Shown: positions 16,989-26,396 of the stretch, one piece after another
How positions within the stretch are numbered: position 1 is the stretch's first letter
Layout of the letters: each line of letters opens with the position of its first letter
NCBI GenBank assembly: GCA_046290225.1
Contig: JBKAGE010000075.1
Location: 96,001 to 160,000, forward strand
Source: Bradymonadia bacterium
GTDB lineage: Bacteria; Myxococcota_A; Bradymonadia; UBA7976; UBA1532
Direction: 5' to 3'
DNA length: 64,000 nucleotides
Notes under the pieces: model-generated
The model's database searches: none
What the model was told of the DNA's origin: nothing
Seen by the model: the letters and a program-made list of their open reading frames with translations, nothing else
Translations under genes and position numbers: made by a program

Positions 16989-19138
16989 TGGCAGCAGTGG
17001 AAAGCACGGGCATTCGCCAACAACTCTCCGGCATGTGGTTTGCCGGCGGGGTGGTGGGATTGCTCTTGCTGATGGTGGTCGAGCTGCCCACCTTCCTGCT
17101 CGACGCACTGCTCGCCCTCAACCTCACCATCGCCCTCGTAGTGCTCGTGGTCGCCATCTACCTGAAGCGGCCCCTCGACTTCTCTGGCTTCCCCGCTGTG
17201 TTGTTGCTCACCACCTTGTTCAGGCTGTGTTTGAACGTGGCGTCGACCCGCTTGATTCTGCTCAAGGGCAAGGATCAGGGAGAGGCCGCAGGGCAGATCA
17301 TCCAGGCCTTCGGAGAAAAGGTTGTGGGTGGTAACTATGTGGTGGGCATCATCATCTTCATCGTGCTGATCATCATCAACTTCATGGTCATCACCAAAGG
17401 CTCTGGCCGCATCGCCGAGGTGGGGGCCCGCTTCACCCTCGACGCCATGCCCGGCAAGCAGATGGCCATCGACGCCGATCTCAACGCCGGCCTCATCACC
17501 GAAGACGAAGCCAAGCAGCGGCGCCGCGACGTGGAGCGCGAGGCGGACTTCTACGGGGCGATGGACGGTGCCTCGAAGTTCGTGCGCGGTGACACCATCG
17601 CCGGCATCTTGATCACCTTCATCAACATCATCGGCGGCTTCATCGTGGGCACTGCCCAGCTCGGCATGGACGCCGGCGACGCCGCCGAGACCTTCACCAT
17701 GCTCACCGTGGGTGACGGCCTCGTGAGCCAGATCCCCTCGCTGGTCATCTCCACCGCCGCGGGCATCATCGTCACCCGCGCCGCAGGCACCGCCGATCTG
17801 GGCTCGGAGCTCGGCAAGCAGCTCACGGGAAACGACAAGGTGCTCAAGCTGGTGGCGGGCATCTTGTTGCTCATGATCTTTGCGGGTGGCATGCCCTTCT
17901 TCACCTTCGGTGCCATCGCTGCGGGCCTCTTCTGGCTCGCGACCCGCATGAACAAGCCCACTGAAGAAGAGGCTGCTGGCTCTACTGGTGGCGGTGAAGG
18001 CGCTGCTGCCCTGGGTGGCACCACTGAAGAGGCGCCCCAGGTGAGCGACGAGGAGCGCATCGCTGGCATGCTGCCCATCGACCAGCTCGAGCTGCACGTG
18101 GGCTATGGCCTCATCGGCATCGTCGATCCCGCTCAGGGCGGCGACATGGTGGAGCGCATCCGGCGGATGCGGGAGCAGTTCGCCCTGGAGATGGGTGTGA
18201 TTCTGCCTCCGGTGCACATCCGCGACGACCTGCAGCTCGCCCCCGACGAGTACCGCCTGCTCATCAAGGGGGTCTCCGCCGCCGAGGGTGAGCTGATGCC
18301 CAGCAAGATGATGATGCTGGTGCCTGATCCTGCAGAGGCCCCTCAAATCGAAGGGGTGCCCACCATGGAGCCGGCCTTCGGCATGGCCGCTCGCTGGATC
18401 GATCCCCAAGATCAGGAAGAGGCCGAGGGCATGGGCTACACGGTGGTGGAAGGCACCACCGTCGTGGCCACCCACATCGGCGAGGTGCTGCGCAAGAACG
18501 CCCACGAGCTCGTGGGCCGCACCGAGGCACAGCGCCTGGTGGACATCCTCTCGGAGCGGCACCCCAAGCTGGTTGAGGCCCTGATCCCCAACAAGGTGGA
18601 CCTGGGCGATCTGGTGAAGGTCATCAAGAACCTGCTCATCGAGCAGGTGAGCGTGCGAGATCTGCGCACGATCCTCGAGGCCATGGCGGACTTCCCCAAC
18701 ATCAAGAGCCCCGAGGTCCTCGCAGAGTGTGTGCGCCAGCGCCTGAACAAGGTGCTCTCCGCCACGTTGCGGGGCCCCGACGGTGTGGTGCACGTGCTCC
18801 AGATGGACGGCGCCATGGAGGGCCACCTGCGGGGGGCCCTGAAGCAAATCGACAACGATCTGCACTTTGTGATCGACCCGGCGATTCATCAGGCGGTGGT
18901 GGAGCAGGCCGCCGAGGGCGCCGGGCACATGCAGGCCTGCGACTGGATGCCGGTGTTGATCACCGCCCCAGAGCTGCGGCGGGCCATGAGCAACCTGCTC
19001 ACCCCCTACATCGACGGGCTGAGGGTGATCTCCACTCGGGAGATCGCGCCGGGGGTCGAGGTGAACAGTGAAGGCATCATCGGTGGCGGCATCCCCCTGC
19101 CGCCCATGGCAGAGGGCATGCCCCAAGGGCTGAGGTAA
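16988..19138 (+). CDS. flhA: Flagellar export protein FlhA
   Basis: FHIPEP signature RIAEVGARFTLDAMPGKQMAIDADL, FYGAMDGASKFVRGD. Confidence 0.98.
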   Translation: MAAVESTGIRQQLSGMWFAGGVVGLLLLMVVELPTFLLDALLALNLTIALVVLVVAIYLKRPLDFSGFPAVLLLTTLFRLCLNVASTRLILLKGKDQGEAAGQIIQAFGEKVVGGNYVVGIIIFIVLIIINFMVITKGSGRIAEVGARFTLDAMPGKQMAIDADLNAGLITEDEAKQRRRDVEREADFYGAMDGASKFVRGDTIAGILITFINIIGGFIVGTAQLGMDAGDAAETFTMLTVGDGLVSQIPSLVISTAAGIIVTRAAGTADLGSELGKQLTGNDKVLKLVAGILLLMIFAGGMPFFTFGAIAAGLFWLATRMNKPTEEEAAGSTGGGEGAAALGGTTEEAPQVSDEERIAGMLPIDQLELHVGYGLIGIVDPAQGGDMVERIRRMREQFALEMGVILPPVHIRDDLQLAPDEYRLLIKGVSAAEGELMPSKMMMLVPDPAEAPQIEGVPTMEPAFGMAARWIDPQDQEEAEGMGYTVVEGTTVVATHIGEVLRKNAHELVGRTEAQRLVDILSERHPKLVEALIPNKVDLGDLVKVIKNLLIEQVSVRDLRTILEAMADFPNIKSPEVLAECVRQRLNKVLSATLRGPDGVVHVLQMDGAMEGHLRGALKQIDNDLHFVIDPAIHQAVVEQAAEGAGHMQACDWMPVLITAPELRRAMSNLLTPYIDGLRVISTREIAPGVEVNSEGIIGGGIPLPPMAEGMPQGLR

Positions 19139-19142
19139 CGAG

Positions 19143-20528
19143 ATGGAGTCGACCCACAACTTCCGTGGCCGCACCATGAGCGAGGCGGTGGCCCGCCTCA
19201 AGGCGTCTCTGGGCCCCGAGGCCGTGATCATCCAGACCCGACGCGGTCGAGACACGGATGGCACCTTCGTGGAGATCACCGCGAGAGGCCCCCAGGAGCC
19301 GGCGATGGCCGGCCCGGGCTCCGGCGCTGCGGCCTATCGGCGCATGGAGAAGGTCACCGCCCCCGCGGCGACCCCTCGTCGCCAGCCTGGCCGGGAGGCG
19401 GCCCGCACGTCGGACCAGAGCATCGGCCTGGCCAAGGCCCGGGAGATGGCCGCCCGCATCGCCCCCGAGGTGAGCGCCCGCAACCCCGAGCTCGCTCGAC
19501 GCCTCGAGGCCCTCAAGGGGGGCGCGCCCACCGGCGTGCCCGGCCCGCTCAGCCGAGCTGCAGGCATCACTGAAGCCGCAGCGGCGCCTCAGCCCACAGC
19601 CCAGCACGCACCCTCTCGTAATGTCGCCGCCGTGAGCAGCGGAGAGACCGATCGCCTCAAGGCCCTGGTCGATGTCTTCGCCAGCAAAGTAGAGGCCTTC
19701 GAGGCCCGCCTGGCGGAGCAGGAGGGGGGTACGGTGAAGCGTCTGGCCCACATGCTCAACGAGGTGGGCATCAGCCGGGCCCACGCCGAGGCCCTCGCCC
19801 GGCGAGCCAGCGAGCGTTGCCCGGGCTGCACGCCCGAAGACGGCGCACTGCTCGCAGCCCTTGGCCGCGAGATGGCCGACAGCATGCCCGTGAGCGGCGA
19901 TCTGCTGCCGGCACCGGGTGCCCGCCGCGTGCTGGCCTTCGTGGGCCCCACGGGGGTGGGCAAGACCACCACCATCGCCAAGATCGCCGCTCGGGCGGCT
20001 TTGATGGAGGGCCGCACCGTGGCCCTCATCACCGTGGACACGTTCCGCATGGCCGCTGTGGAGCAGCTCGCCAGCTACGCACGGATTCTCGAGTGCCCAC
20101 TGCGCATTGCCCGCGACGCCGGAGAGCTGAAGGCCGCCCTCGAGGCATTCTCTGATCGCGATCTGGTCCTCGTGGACACCACGGGGCGCAGCCCCAGGGA
20201 TACCGAGCACGTGAGCGCCCTCGGCGGCTTCTTCCCCGAAGGGTGGGGGGGCTCGCTGGTGCTCACGGTGTCGAGCAGTACGCGAGAGCGCGACATGTTC
20301 GCCGCCGTCGACGCCTATGGCCAGCTGGGGGTGGAGACTCTGTGCGTCACCAAGCTCGACGAGACCGACGCCCCCGGCGCGGTCTACAGCGCCGTGCGCC
20401 GCGCCGGCCGCCCTCTGGCGTGGGTCACCACCGGCCAGCGCGTGCCCGAAGATCTCGAGCAGGCCGAGGCGGCTCCGCTCTCTGCCCGCATCGTCGCGCG
20501 GGCGTCCACGTTGAGGCAGGCAGCATGA
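19143..20528 (+). CDS. flhF: SRP-type GTPase FlhF
   Basis: N-terminal F...M..A.....LGPEAVII; GPTGVGKTTT, DTFR, DTTGRS, TKLDE, GQRVPEDL. Confidence 0.95.
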   Translation: MESTHNFRGRTMSEAVARLKASLGPEAVIIQTRRGRDTDGTFVEITARGPQEPAMAGPGSGAAAYRRMEKVTAPAATPRRQPGREAARTSDQSIGLAKAREMAARIAPEVSARNPELARRLEALKGGAPTGVPGPLSRAAGITEAAAAPQPTAQHAPSRNVAAVSSGETDRLKALVDVFASKVEAFEARLAEQEGGTVKRLAHMLNEVGISRAHAEALARRASERCPGCTPEDGALLAALGREMADSMPVSGDLLPAPGARRVLAFVGPTGVGKTTTIAKIAARAALMEGRTVALITVDTFRMAAVEQLASYARILECPLRIARDAGELKAALEAFSDRDLVLVDTTGRSPRDTEHVSALGGFFPEGWGGSLVLTVSSSTRERDMFAAVDAYGQLGVETLCVTKLDETDAPGAVYSAVRRAGRPLAWVTTGQRVPEDLEQAEAAPLSARIVARASTLRQAA

Positions 20529-20598
20529 AGGCGTTACCAGGACTTCGTCATACGGCTTCGTCTGTACGTTCAGTTCACGTTGACTGCCAGAGGGACCG

Positions 20599-21516
20599 AT
20601 GAACAACCATAAGGCAAACGTGATCCCCTTATGGGGCCACACAACAGATCAGGCATCGACGCTCCGACGGCTCGCCGGCGGGGCCTCGGCGCCTGTGGGA
20701 GACAGACGCAGGATGCGCATTCTCTCGGTCACCAGCGGAAAGGGTGGGGTGGGCAAGACCAGCCTCACCTGCAACCTCGCGACCCGTCTCGGTCAGATGG
20801 GCCAGAAGGTGCTCGTCGTCGACGCCGACATGGGCCTCGCCAACGTCGACATCGTCATGGGCATCAAGCCCAAGGCCACCTTGGAGCAGCTCTTCAGCGA
20901 TGAAGAGCGGCGCCTCGAAGACATCCTCGTTGACGGGCCGCCGAACGTCACGGTGCTGCCTGCAGGCTCCGGCGTGCGAGATCTCGTACATCTGAGCGAA
21001 GGGCAGGTGCTGAAGTTCCTCGAGGCCTTCGACACCCTCGAGGAGACCTTCGACTTCACCCTCATCGACACCGGGGCGGGCATCGGCAGCAACGTGCTGT
21101 ACTTCAACGCCGCAGCTCAGGACGTCCTCGTGGTGGCCACCCCGGAGCCCACCTCGATGACCGACGCCTACGCCACGATGAAGGTGCTCCACCAGACCCA
21201 CGGCCTGAAGCGTTTCACCTTGTTGGTGAACGCCGTGGAAGATCGCAAGGAGGCCCTCGACGTCTACCGCCGCCTCACCGGTGTGGCCGACAAGTACCTC
21301 GACATCTCCATCGACTATCTGGGCCACGTGCTCCGCGACAACCGCGTGGGCCGGGCCATCATGGAGCGAGGTCTCTTCATCGATCGCTACCCCGACAGCG
21401 AGTCCGCCCGGTGCATCGCCGAGATCGCCGAGCGTCTGATGGAAGACACCGAGGCCCGGCCGCCCACGGGGAACCTGCAGTTCTTCTGGCGACGCCTCTT
21501 GTCTGCGGGAGCGTGA
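20599..21516 (+). CDS. flhG: MinD-like ATPase FlhG/FleN
   Basis: SGKGGVGKT, DADMGLANVD, IDTGAG, TPEPTSMTDAYA; between flhF and fliA. Confidence 0.95.
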   Translation: MNNHKANVIPLWGHTTDQASTLRRLAGGASAPVGDRRRMRILSVTSGKGGVGKTSLTCNLATRLGQMGQKVLVVDADMGLANVDIVMGIKPKATLEQLFSDEERRLEDILVDGPPNVTVLPAGSGVRDLVHLSEGQVLKFLEAFDTLEETFDFTLIDTGAGIGSNVLYFNAAAQDVLVVATPEPTSMTDAYATMKVLHQTHGLKRFTLLVNAVEDRKEALDVYRRLTGVADKYLDISIDYLGHVLRDNRVGRAIMERGLFIDRYPDSESARCIAEIAERLMEDTEARPPTGNLQFFWRRLLSAGA

Positions 21517-21523
21517 GTCAGCC

Positions 21524-22285
21524 GTGAACCCTGCCCTGCGCCGATACGGCTCCAAGGCCTACCAGAAAGGTCGCCAGGAGAGCCGCCGGGATGCCCTGCT
21601 GAGGGCCCACGCGCCCTTGGTCCGCAAGGTGGCGTGGCGCATGATCCACCGCGTGCCCAGCTCGGTGGACATCGACGATCTGATCTCGGTGGGTACTCTG
21701 GGCCTCCTGCAGGCCATCGATCACTTCGACGAGTCGAAGGGCACCCGCTTCGAGTCCTTTGCGGAGTTCCGCATCAAGGGGGCGATGCTCGACGAGCTGC
21801 GATCTTGTGATCACATGTCTCGTACGGCCCGCGGTCGCATCAACCAGATCGAGAAGGCCCGAGCAAAGCTCGAGGCAGACCTGGGGCGCGCGCCAAAGGT
21901 GACGGAGATCGCCGAGGTGGTGGAGCTGCCCGCGGACGAGGTGGCCCGCCTGCTGGCAGAAGACGAGAACACCACCTTCATGACGCTCGACGACATGACG
22001 CCGGTGGCTGCAGAGCAGACCGAGTCGCTCTCGGAGCTGGCGGCCCAGGGTGGCAGCCACGGAGATCCCTTCGGCACCCACCTGGCGCGGGAGCTCAAGG
22101 CGGCCCTGGCTGCGGAGATCGGCAAGCTGCCGGATCGTCTGCAGCTGGTCCTGTCGCTGTACTACGAGCAGAGCCTCAATCAGAAAGAGATCGCCGCAGT
22201 GCTCGACCTGACGGAGTCGCGCATCAGCCAGCTGCACAGCGAGGCGGTGAAGATTCTCCGGCGTCGGATGCAGCGCCTCGTTTGA
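21524..22285 (+). CDS. fliA: RNA polymerase sigma-28 factor FliA
   Basis: DDLISVGTLGL, RIKGAMLDELR, LSLYYE..L..KEIA.VL.LTESRISQLH. Confidence 0.96.
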   Translation: MNPALRRYGSKAYQKGRQESRRDALLRAHAPLVRKVAWRMIHRVPSSVDIDDLISVGTLGLLQAIDHFDESKGTRFESFAEFRIKGAMLDELRSCDHMSRTARGRINQIEKARAKLEADLGRAPKVTEIAEVVELPADEVARLLAEDENTTFMTLDDMTPVAAEQTESLSELAAQGGSHGDPFGTHLARELKAALAAEIGKLPDRLQLVLSLYYEQSLNQKEIAAVLDLTESRISQLHSEAVKILRRRMQRLV

Positions 22286-22295
22286 CCTTCAGAGT

Positions 22296-22813
22296 GTGTC
22301 TGTTGTGGCTGGGCCTTGGTAGGCAGTCATCGCTTCGCTCCGCCTGCGTAGGCGCCGGGCCTTCGGCAGTCCTTCGGACCGCCTCGTCTGGCGCGTACAC
22401 GTTCAGGCATCCGCTTGCGCGGACACCCTTCCGGGTAGGCAGGGTCGCTCAATGCTGACGCATTGATTGCTCGCTCCCCTGCGTAAAAAGTCAGTTTTGG
22501 TGTGGCTCTGCACTGATTCCGGTGCTGCTGGGGCTTTCGCCGAGCCTTGGGGCTCAGAGGCTTGCAGGTTCGCGGTAGGTCGAATCCCGGCGGGGTTCAG
22601 CAACGAGATACAGAAGAAGCTCTTTACGCAGGGGAGCGAGCGAACAGGGCGAAGCCTTGAGCGACCCTGCCTACCCGGAGACCTGCTCGCGCCAGCGAGT
22701 ACGTCGACGTGTACGCGCCAGACGAGGCGGTCCGAAGGACTGCCGAAGGCCCGGCGCCTACGCAGGCGGAGCGCAGCGACGACTGCCTACCAAGGCCCAG
22801 CCACAACAGACGC
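22296..22813. repeat. Palindromic non-coding element copy 2 (core inverted relative to copy 1)
   Basis: 22298-22402 pairs with the right end (to 22811) over 105 bp with 2 mismatches; inner 19-bp IR at 22469-22487 / 22623-22641; lies between convergent fliA and fliJ. Confidence 0.95.
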
Positions 22814-22832
22814 TACAGATGATTTTCGATGT

Positions 22833-23258
22833 TCAGCCAGATTTCCCGAACCGCAGTGTGGCCATCTCGTCGAGCATGGACTGCTCCGCCTTCTGGCGCT
22901 CGAACAGCCACTCCGCCTTCTGTTTCGCTTCGAGGCTGTTGAGCGACTCGAGCGATTGCTGCGCCTGCTGCAGCTGCTTTCGAGCCACGTGCATGGCTTC
23001 CTCTGCAGCCGTCAGCTCCTTCTGGTGCTCGGCGAGCAGCTCGGTGAGGTGAGCGCGGTAGCGGTTGTGGTTGATTTGCCCCTGGGGGTCGAGCGGTCGA
23101 CGGGCGTCGAGCATGCTCAGATGGGCAGTGAGGTCCTGATGCCGGCTCAGCGCGCTTTGATACTGCGCTGTCGCTTGCTGCATCGCACGCTGTTGCTCGT
23201 CTACGTCGAGCTGGCGCAGCGTCTGGACCGGGGCGAGTGGGAAGTGAAAACGAGCCAT
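22833..23258 (-). CDS. fliJ: Flagellar export chaperone FliJ
   Basis: 141-aa coiled coil with N-terminal F.F.L..V..LR and C-terminal EQ..LDEMA..RF, both typical of FliJ; fliJ is absent from its usual place after fliI. Confidence 0.8.
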   Translation of the reverse strand: MARFHFPLAPVQTLRQLDVDEQQRAMQQATAQYQSALSRHQDLTAHLSMLDARRPLDPQGQINHNRYRAHLTELLAEHQKELTAAEEAMHVARKQLQQAQQSLESLNSLEAKQKAEWLFERQKAEQSMLDEMATLRFGKSG

Positions 23259-23265
23259 ACCTCGA

Positions 23266-23293
23266 TCATCGGCACTTGAGCTGAGCGGCTTGA
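23266..23293 (-). promoter_or_regulatory. Putative sigma28 promoter of fliJ
   Basis: Minus strand TCAAG-N15-GCCGATGA, similar to the TAAA..GCCGATAA consensus; 7 nt from the ATG. Confidence 0.5.
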
Positions 23294-23343
23294 TGACCGA
23301 TTTGAGTCAAAAGTGGTGCAGACCTTCGCCCGCCCGTGCGGCC

Positions 23344-23372
23344 TTGACACCGAGGACCATCGAGTCCATCAT
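23344..23372 (+). promoter_or_regulatory. Putative sigma70 promoter of rpoZ
   Basis: TTGACA-N17-CATCAT. Confidence 0.45.
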
Positions 23373-23451
23373 TTCGCCCCTGTATCTTTGATGCAGTGGG
23401 GGTGTGTACCCCGCATCAAAAAATGACCATCAGGTTCAAAAGGAGCCCTCT

Positions 23452-23766
23452 GTGGCACGCGTCACCGTAGAAGATTGCCTGGACCACTGCTTCGATCAGT
23501 TCGCTCTGGTGCATCTGGCTTCCAGCCGCTACCGCCACCTGAGCAAGGGGGCGCCCTCCCTCGTGCCTCAGGGCAAGAACAAGCTCATCGTCACCTCGCT
23601 GCGCGAGATCGCTTCGGGCAAGGTGAAGTTCCGCGACGACATCGAGGCCGCTCTGCTCAAGGCCCGCCAGGAAGAGTCCATGCGGCGTCAGCAGGCCCTC
23701 GAGGCCGCCCGCGCCGCCGACGAGGCCGGCAACGATGCTGATCCCAAGGCCCTCATGGCCTTCTGA
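23452..23766 (+). CDS. rpoZ: RNA polymerase omega subunit
   Basis: MARVTVEDCL, F.LV.LA..R, NK..V..LREIA.GK; RBS AAGGAG before GTG. Confidence 0.93.
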   Translation: MARVTVEDCLDHCFDQFALVHLASSRYRHLSKGAPSLVPQGKNKLIVTSLREIASGKVKFRDDIEAALLKARQEESMRRQQALEAARAADEAGNDADPKALMAF

Positions 23767-23870
23767 TAAGGGATCGCAAAGGGAGGCCCCCTCGAGAGAG
23801 GGCGGTCACCCGCCCACTCACACTTCAACCCAATGTGTTGAGGTCATCCCCGATGCGTCGGGGAGAGGAT

Positions 23871-24290
23871 TCAGCCCTCGCCGTCGGCGGGGGCTTCGTC
23901 TTTTTTGGCGGGTGTCTTCTTGCGGCGACCGCGGGTGGGCTTCTTCTCTTCCGCAGGTGCGGCGTCCTCAGCTGCTTCTTCCGCGGGGGCCTCTTCCGCA
24001 GGGGCCTCTTCCGCAGGGGCTTCGTCCTTCTTGGCAGCAGGCTTTGCGGTGGCCTTTGCTGTGGCTTTACCACCACCTGCGGCTGCGGCCTTGAGAGCCT
24101 CCACCAGCGTGGAGACGCGGCTGCCGTTGGCTTCGATGTAAGCGGCGATGGCCTCGACGCCCTTGCCGTCGAAGGGCCCCTCGGCGCTCAGGCCCGATTT
24201 GCTCGCGGCGGTCTTGAGGACCACACGGGCAGCCAGATAGTCGTACCGCTGCTCCAGGATTCGCGTGACCGCGTCTGCGGTGAGGCTCAC
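23871..24290 (-). CDS. Hypothetical protein with a low-complexity Ala/Glu/Lys/Pro tail
   Basis: 139-aa ORF, RBS AAGGAGG; small globular N-terminus, then APAEE repeats and a basic patch. Confidence 0.8.
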   Translation of the reverse strand: MSLTADAVTRILEQRYDYLAARVVLKTAASKSGLSAEGPFDGKGVEAIAAYIEANGSRVSTLVEALKAAAAGGGKATAKATAKPAAKKDEAPAEEAPAEEAPAEEAAEDAAPAEEKKPTRGRRKKTPAKKDEAPADGEG

Positions 24291-24378
24291 ATCGCCCTCC
24301 TTCTCAATCGTGGAATGTCAGAAACTCGACCCGTTGGCGGCCATCCTGGCACAGGGGCAAGGGGTGGGCAAGAAGCCG

Positions 24379-25119
24379 TCACAACCCCACGCCGCCGTCG
24401 ACGCCGATGACCTGCCCGGTGAGGTATCCGGCGTCGGGGCCCACCAGAAAGCTCACCAGTCCGGCGATCTCTCCAGGCTGCCCGAAGCGGCGCATCGGCA
24501 CGGCTTTCTTGAGGTCTTTGCCCGCCTTGTCGCGGACGAAGGCGCTCATCTCGGTCTCGATGATGCCCGGGGCCACGGCGTTCACGGTGATGCCCTTGGG
24601 CGCAAGCTCTACAGCGAGGGCGCGGGTGAAGGCCTCTACGGCGCCCTTGCTCGCAGCGTAGTTCGCCTGGCCGCGGTTGGGGCGTCTCGCCGAGACGCTG
24701 CTCAGGTGCACGATGCGGCCGTGGCGGTTGAGCAACATGGGTCGGGCTGCGGCCCGGGCCATTTCGAAGGCAGAGGTGACGTTCACCGCCATCACCCGAG
24801 ACCAGGCCTCGTCACCCATCTGCAAGACCAGAGTGTCGTCGGTGATGCCCGCGTTGTGCACCACGGCGTCGATGCCGCCCAGTTGATCCAGACAGGCCTC
24901 CACCACCGCAGTACCTGCACCGGCCTCAGCGAGATCGCATTGATGCAGAATCACCTCGGCCCCGGCTGCTTCGCAGGTGGCCTTGACTGCCTCGGCCTCT
25001 TCGACGCGGCTGCGGTAGGTGAGCAGCAGCTTGGCTTCGTAGTCGGTGGCGAGGCGCTCGGCGATGGCTCTGCCGATGCCTCGGCTGGCGCCGGTGATCA
25101 CTGCTGTGATGGCCGTCAT
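24379..25119 (-). CDS. fabG: 3-oxoacyl-ACP reductase (FabG-like SDR)
   Basis: TGASRGIG, HNAGIT.D, NYAASK, NAVAPG; ATGA overlap with the upstream KS-fold gene. Confidence 0.9.
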   Translation of the reverse strand: MTAITAVITGASRGIGRAIAERLATDYEAKLLLTYRSRVEEAEAVKATCEAAGAEVILHQCDLAEAGAGTAVVEACLDQLGGIDAVVHNAGITDDTLVLQMGDEAWSRVMAVNVTSAFEMARAAARPMLLNRHGRIVHLSSVSARRPNRGQANYAASKGAVEAFTRALAVELAPKGITVNAVAPGIIETEMSAFVRDKAGKDLKKAVPMRRFGQPGEIAGLVSFLVGPDAGYLTGQVIGVDGGVGL

Positions 25120-26396
25120 GCTGTCTCCTGAGCCCGCTCCACGGCGAGCCACGCGGTCTGACCGCCGAGGCCCGCAGCATGGACCAGCAGGCGGGTGGGC
25201 TGAGCTGCCCGAGGGGTGCCAGAGACGAAGTCCAGTCCGCCGTGGATCGGATCTTCGAGGTGAGCGATGGCGGGCAGCTGCCCGCGGGCGCTGCAGGCGA
25301 GCAGCCCCAGCAAGCTGAGCGGGCCTGCTGCTGCCACTGTGTGGCCCTGCAAGCTCTTGTCGCCGATGATGGGGGGGCTGTGATCGCCGAAGAGGGTCGC
25401 CAGAGCCTCGGCCTCGAGGGCGTCGAAGCGGGGGTTTCCGTTGCCGTGGGTGGCGACGGCGTCGACGTCAGAGGGCGACCAGCCAGCCACTTCGAGGGCC
25501 CGTTGCGCTGCCCGCAGCACAACGGCGCCGTCAGGGCTCATGAGTCGGGCCGCGGCCTGCCCCTGACCGAAGCCACGGACATAGGCCAGGATCTGCGCCC
25601 CACGTGCCCGGGCATGATCTGCCCGCTCGAGGGCGACGAAGCCAGCGCCCTCACCAGGGCAGAAGCCCTGAGCGCGGCGATCGAAGGGCCGCATGTGGTG
25701 CGCCTCGTCGGCTTCGAGGAGCAGGCCCAGGCGACCGAAGCCCGTGAGGCGGGCAGGGGTCACGGCATTGTCGGCCCCCCCGGCGATGATGAGATCAGCC
25801 CGCCCCTCGTCGAGGGCCCAGGCGGCCTCACCGATGGCCAACAGGCCGCCGGCGCCGGAGTGGCAGTAGTTCTGGTTGATGCCCTGAGCGTCGAGGGCCG
25901 CGGAGGCAAAGCCCAGAACGTTGTTGCTCAGCCCCTTGAGCAGCCAGAGGGGGTTGATGAGCGGCACGCCCTCGTGGCCGAAGCGCACGGTGTCGAAGCC
26001 CTCGCCGTCGTTCACCACACCCTTCTCGAGGGCCGGCAACAGGTCGCGGGTGTCACCAAAGGCGGTCCCGGCACCGACGAAGATGCCGAGCCGATCTGGT
26101 GCGACCTGCTCCCCGGCAGTCACCGCGGCGTCGAGGGCGGCTCGGCGTACGGCGGCGAGGCCGTACCGGACCGCGTCGGACATCAGCTTCAGGTTCTTGC
26201 GGTTGCTCACCCAGTCCCGGGCCCGAAAGTCGGTCACGCGGGCGCCGATGCCGCAGGGGAAGGGGGTGGTGTCGAAGTGCTCGATGGGCTTCAGGGCCGT
26301 GGCACCCTCGAGCAGGCCCGCGGCGAGGGCCTCGAGATCATGGCCCAGAGGGGCCACCACCCCAGCGCCGGTGAGGGCGATTTCGGCGTGCTTCAT
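25116..26396 (-). CDS. Ketosynthase-fold protein lacking the catalytic Cys (chain-length-factor-like)
   Basis: KS fold (ITG.G...P.G, PFDRRAQGF..GEGAG, HGNG); GINQNYCHSGAGG places Gly at the TAC cysteine position. Confidence 0.8.
   Translation of the reverse strand: MKHAEIALTGAGVVAPLGHDLEALAAGLLEGATALKPIEHFDTTPFPCGIGARVTDFRARDWVSNRKNLKLMSDAVRYGLAAVRRAALDAAVTAGEQVAPDRLGIFVGAGTAFGDTRDLLPALEKGVVNDGEGFDTVRFGHEGVPLINPLWLLKGLSNNVLGFASAALDAQGINQNYCHSGAGGLLAIGEAAWALDEGRADLIIAGGADNAVTPARLTGFGRLGLLLEADEAHHMRPFDRRAQGFCPGEGAGFVALERADHARARGAQILAYVRGFGQGQAAARLMSPDGAVVLRAAQRALEVAGWSPSDVDAVATHGNGNPRFDALEAEALATLFGDHSPPIIGDKSLQGHTVAAAGPLSLLGLLACSARGQLPAIAHLEDPIHGGLDFVSGTPRAAQPTRLLVHAAGLGGQTAWLAVERAQETA

Noticed and set aside
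1284..19138. Injectisome T3SS or F1-ATPase interpretation
   Set aside because: flgD, flgE, fliK, fliL, fliM, flhF, flhG and fliA identify the cluster as flagellar
16907..19279. Long antisense ORFs (also 1257-2720, 10288-11904, 36356-38839, 40102-42378, 43921-46839)
   Set aside because: Stop-poor shadow frames opposite real high-GC genes
23871..24290. Possible acyl carrier protein for the KS operon
   Set aside because: No (G/D)xDSL phosphopantetheine motif, and the composition does not fit an ACP
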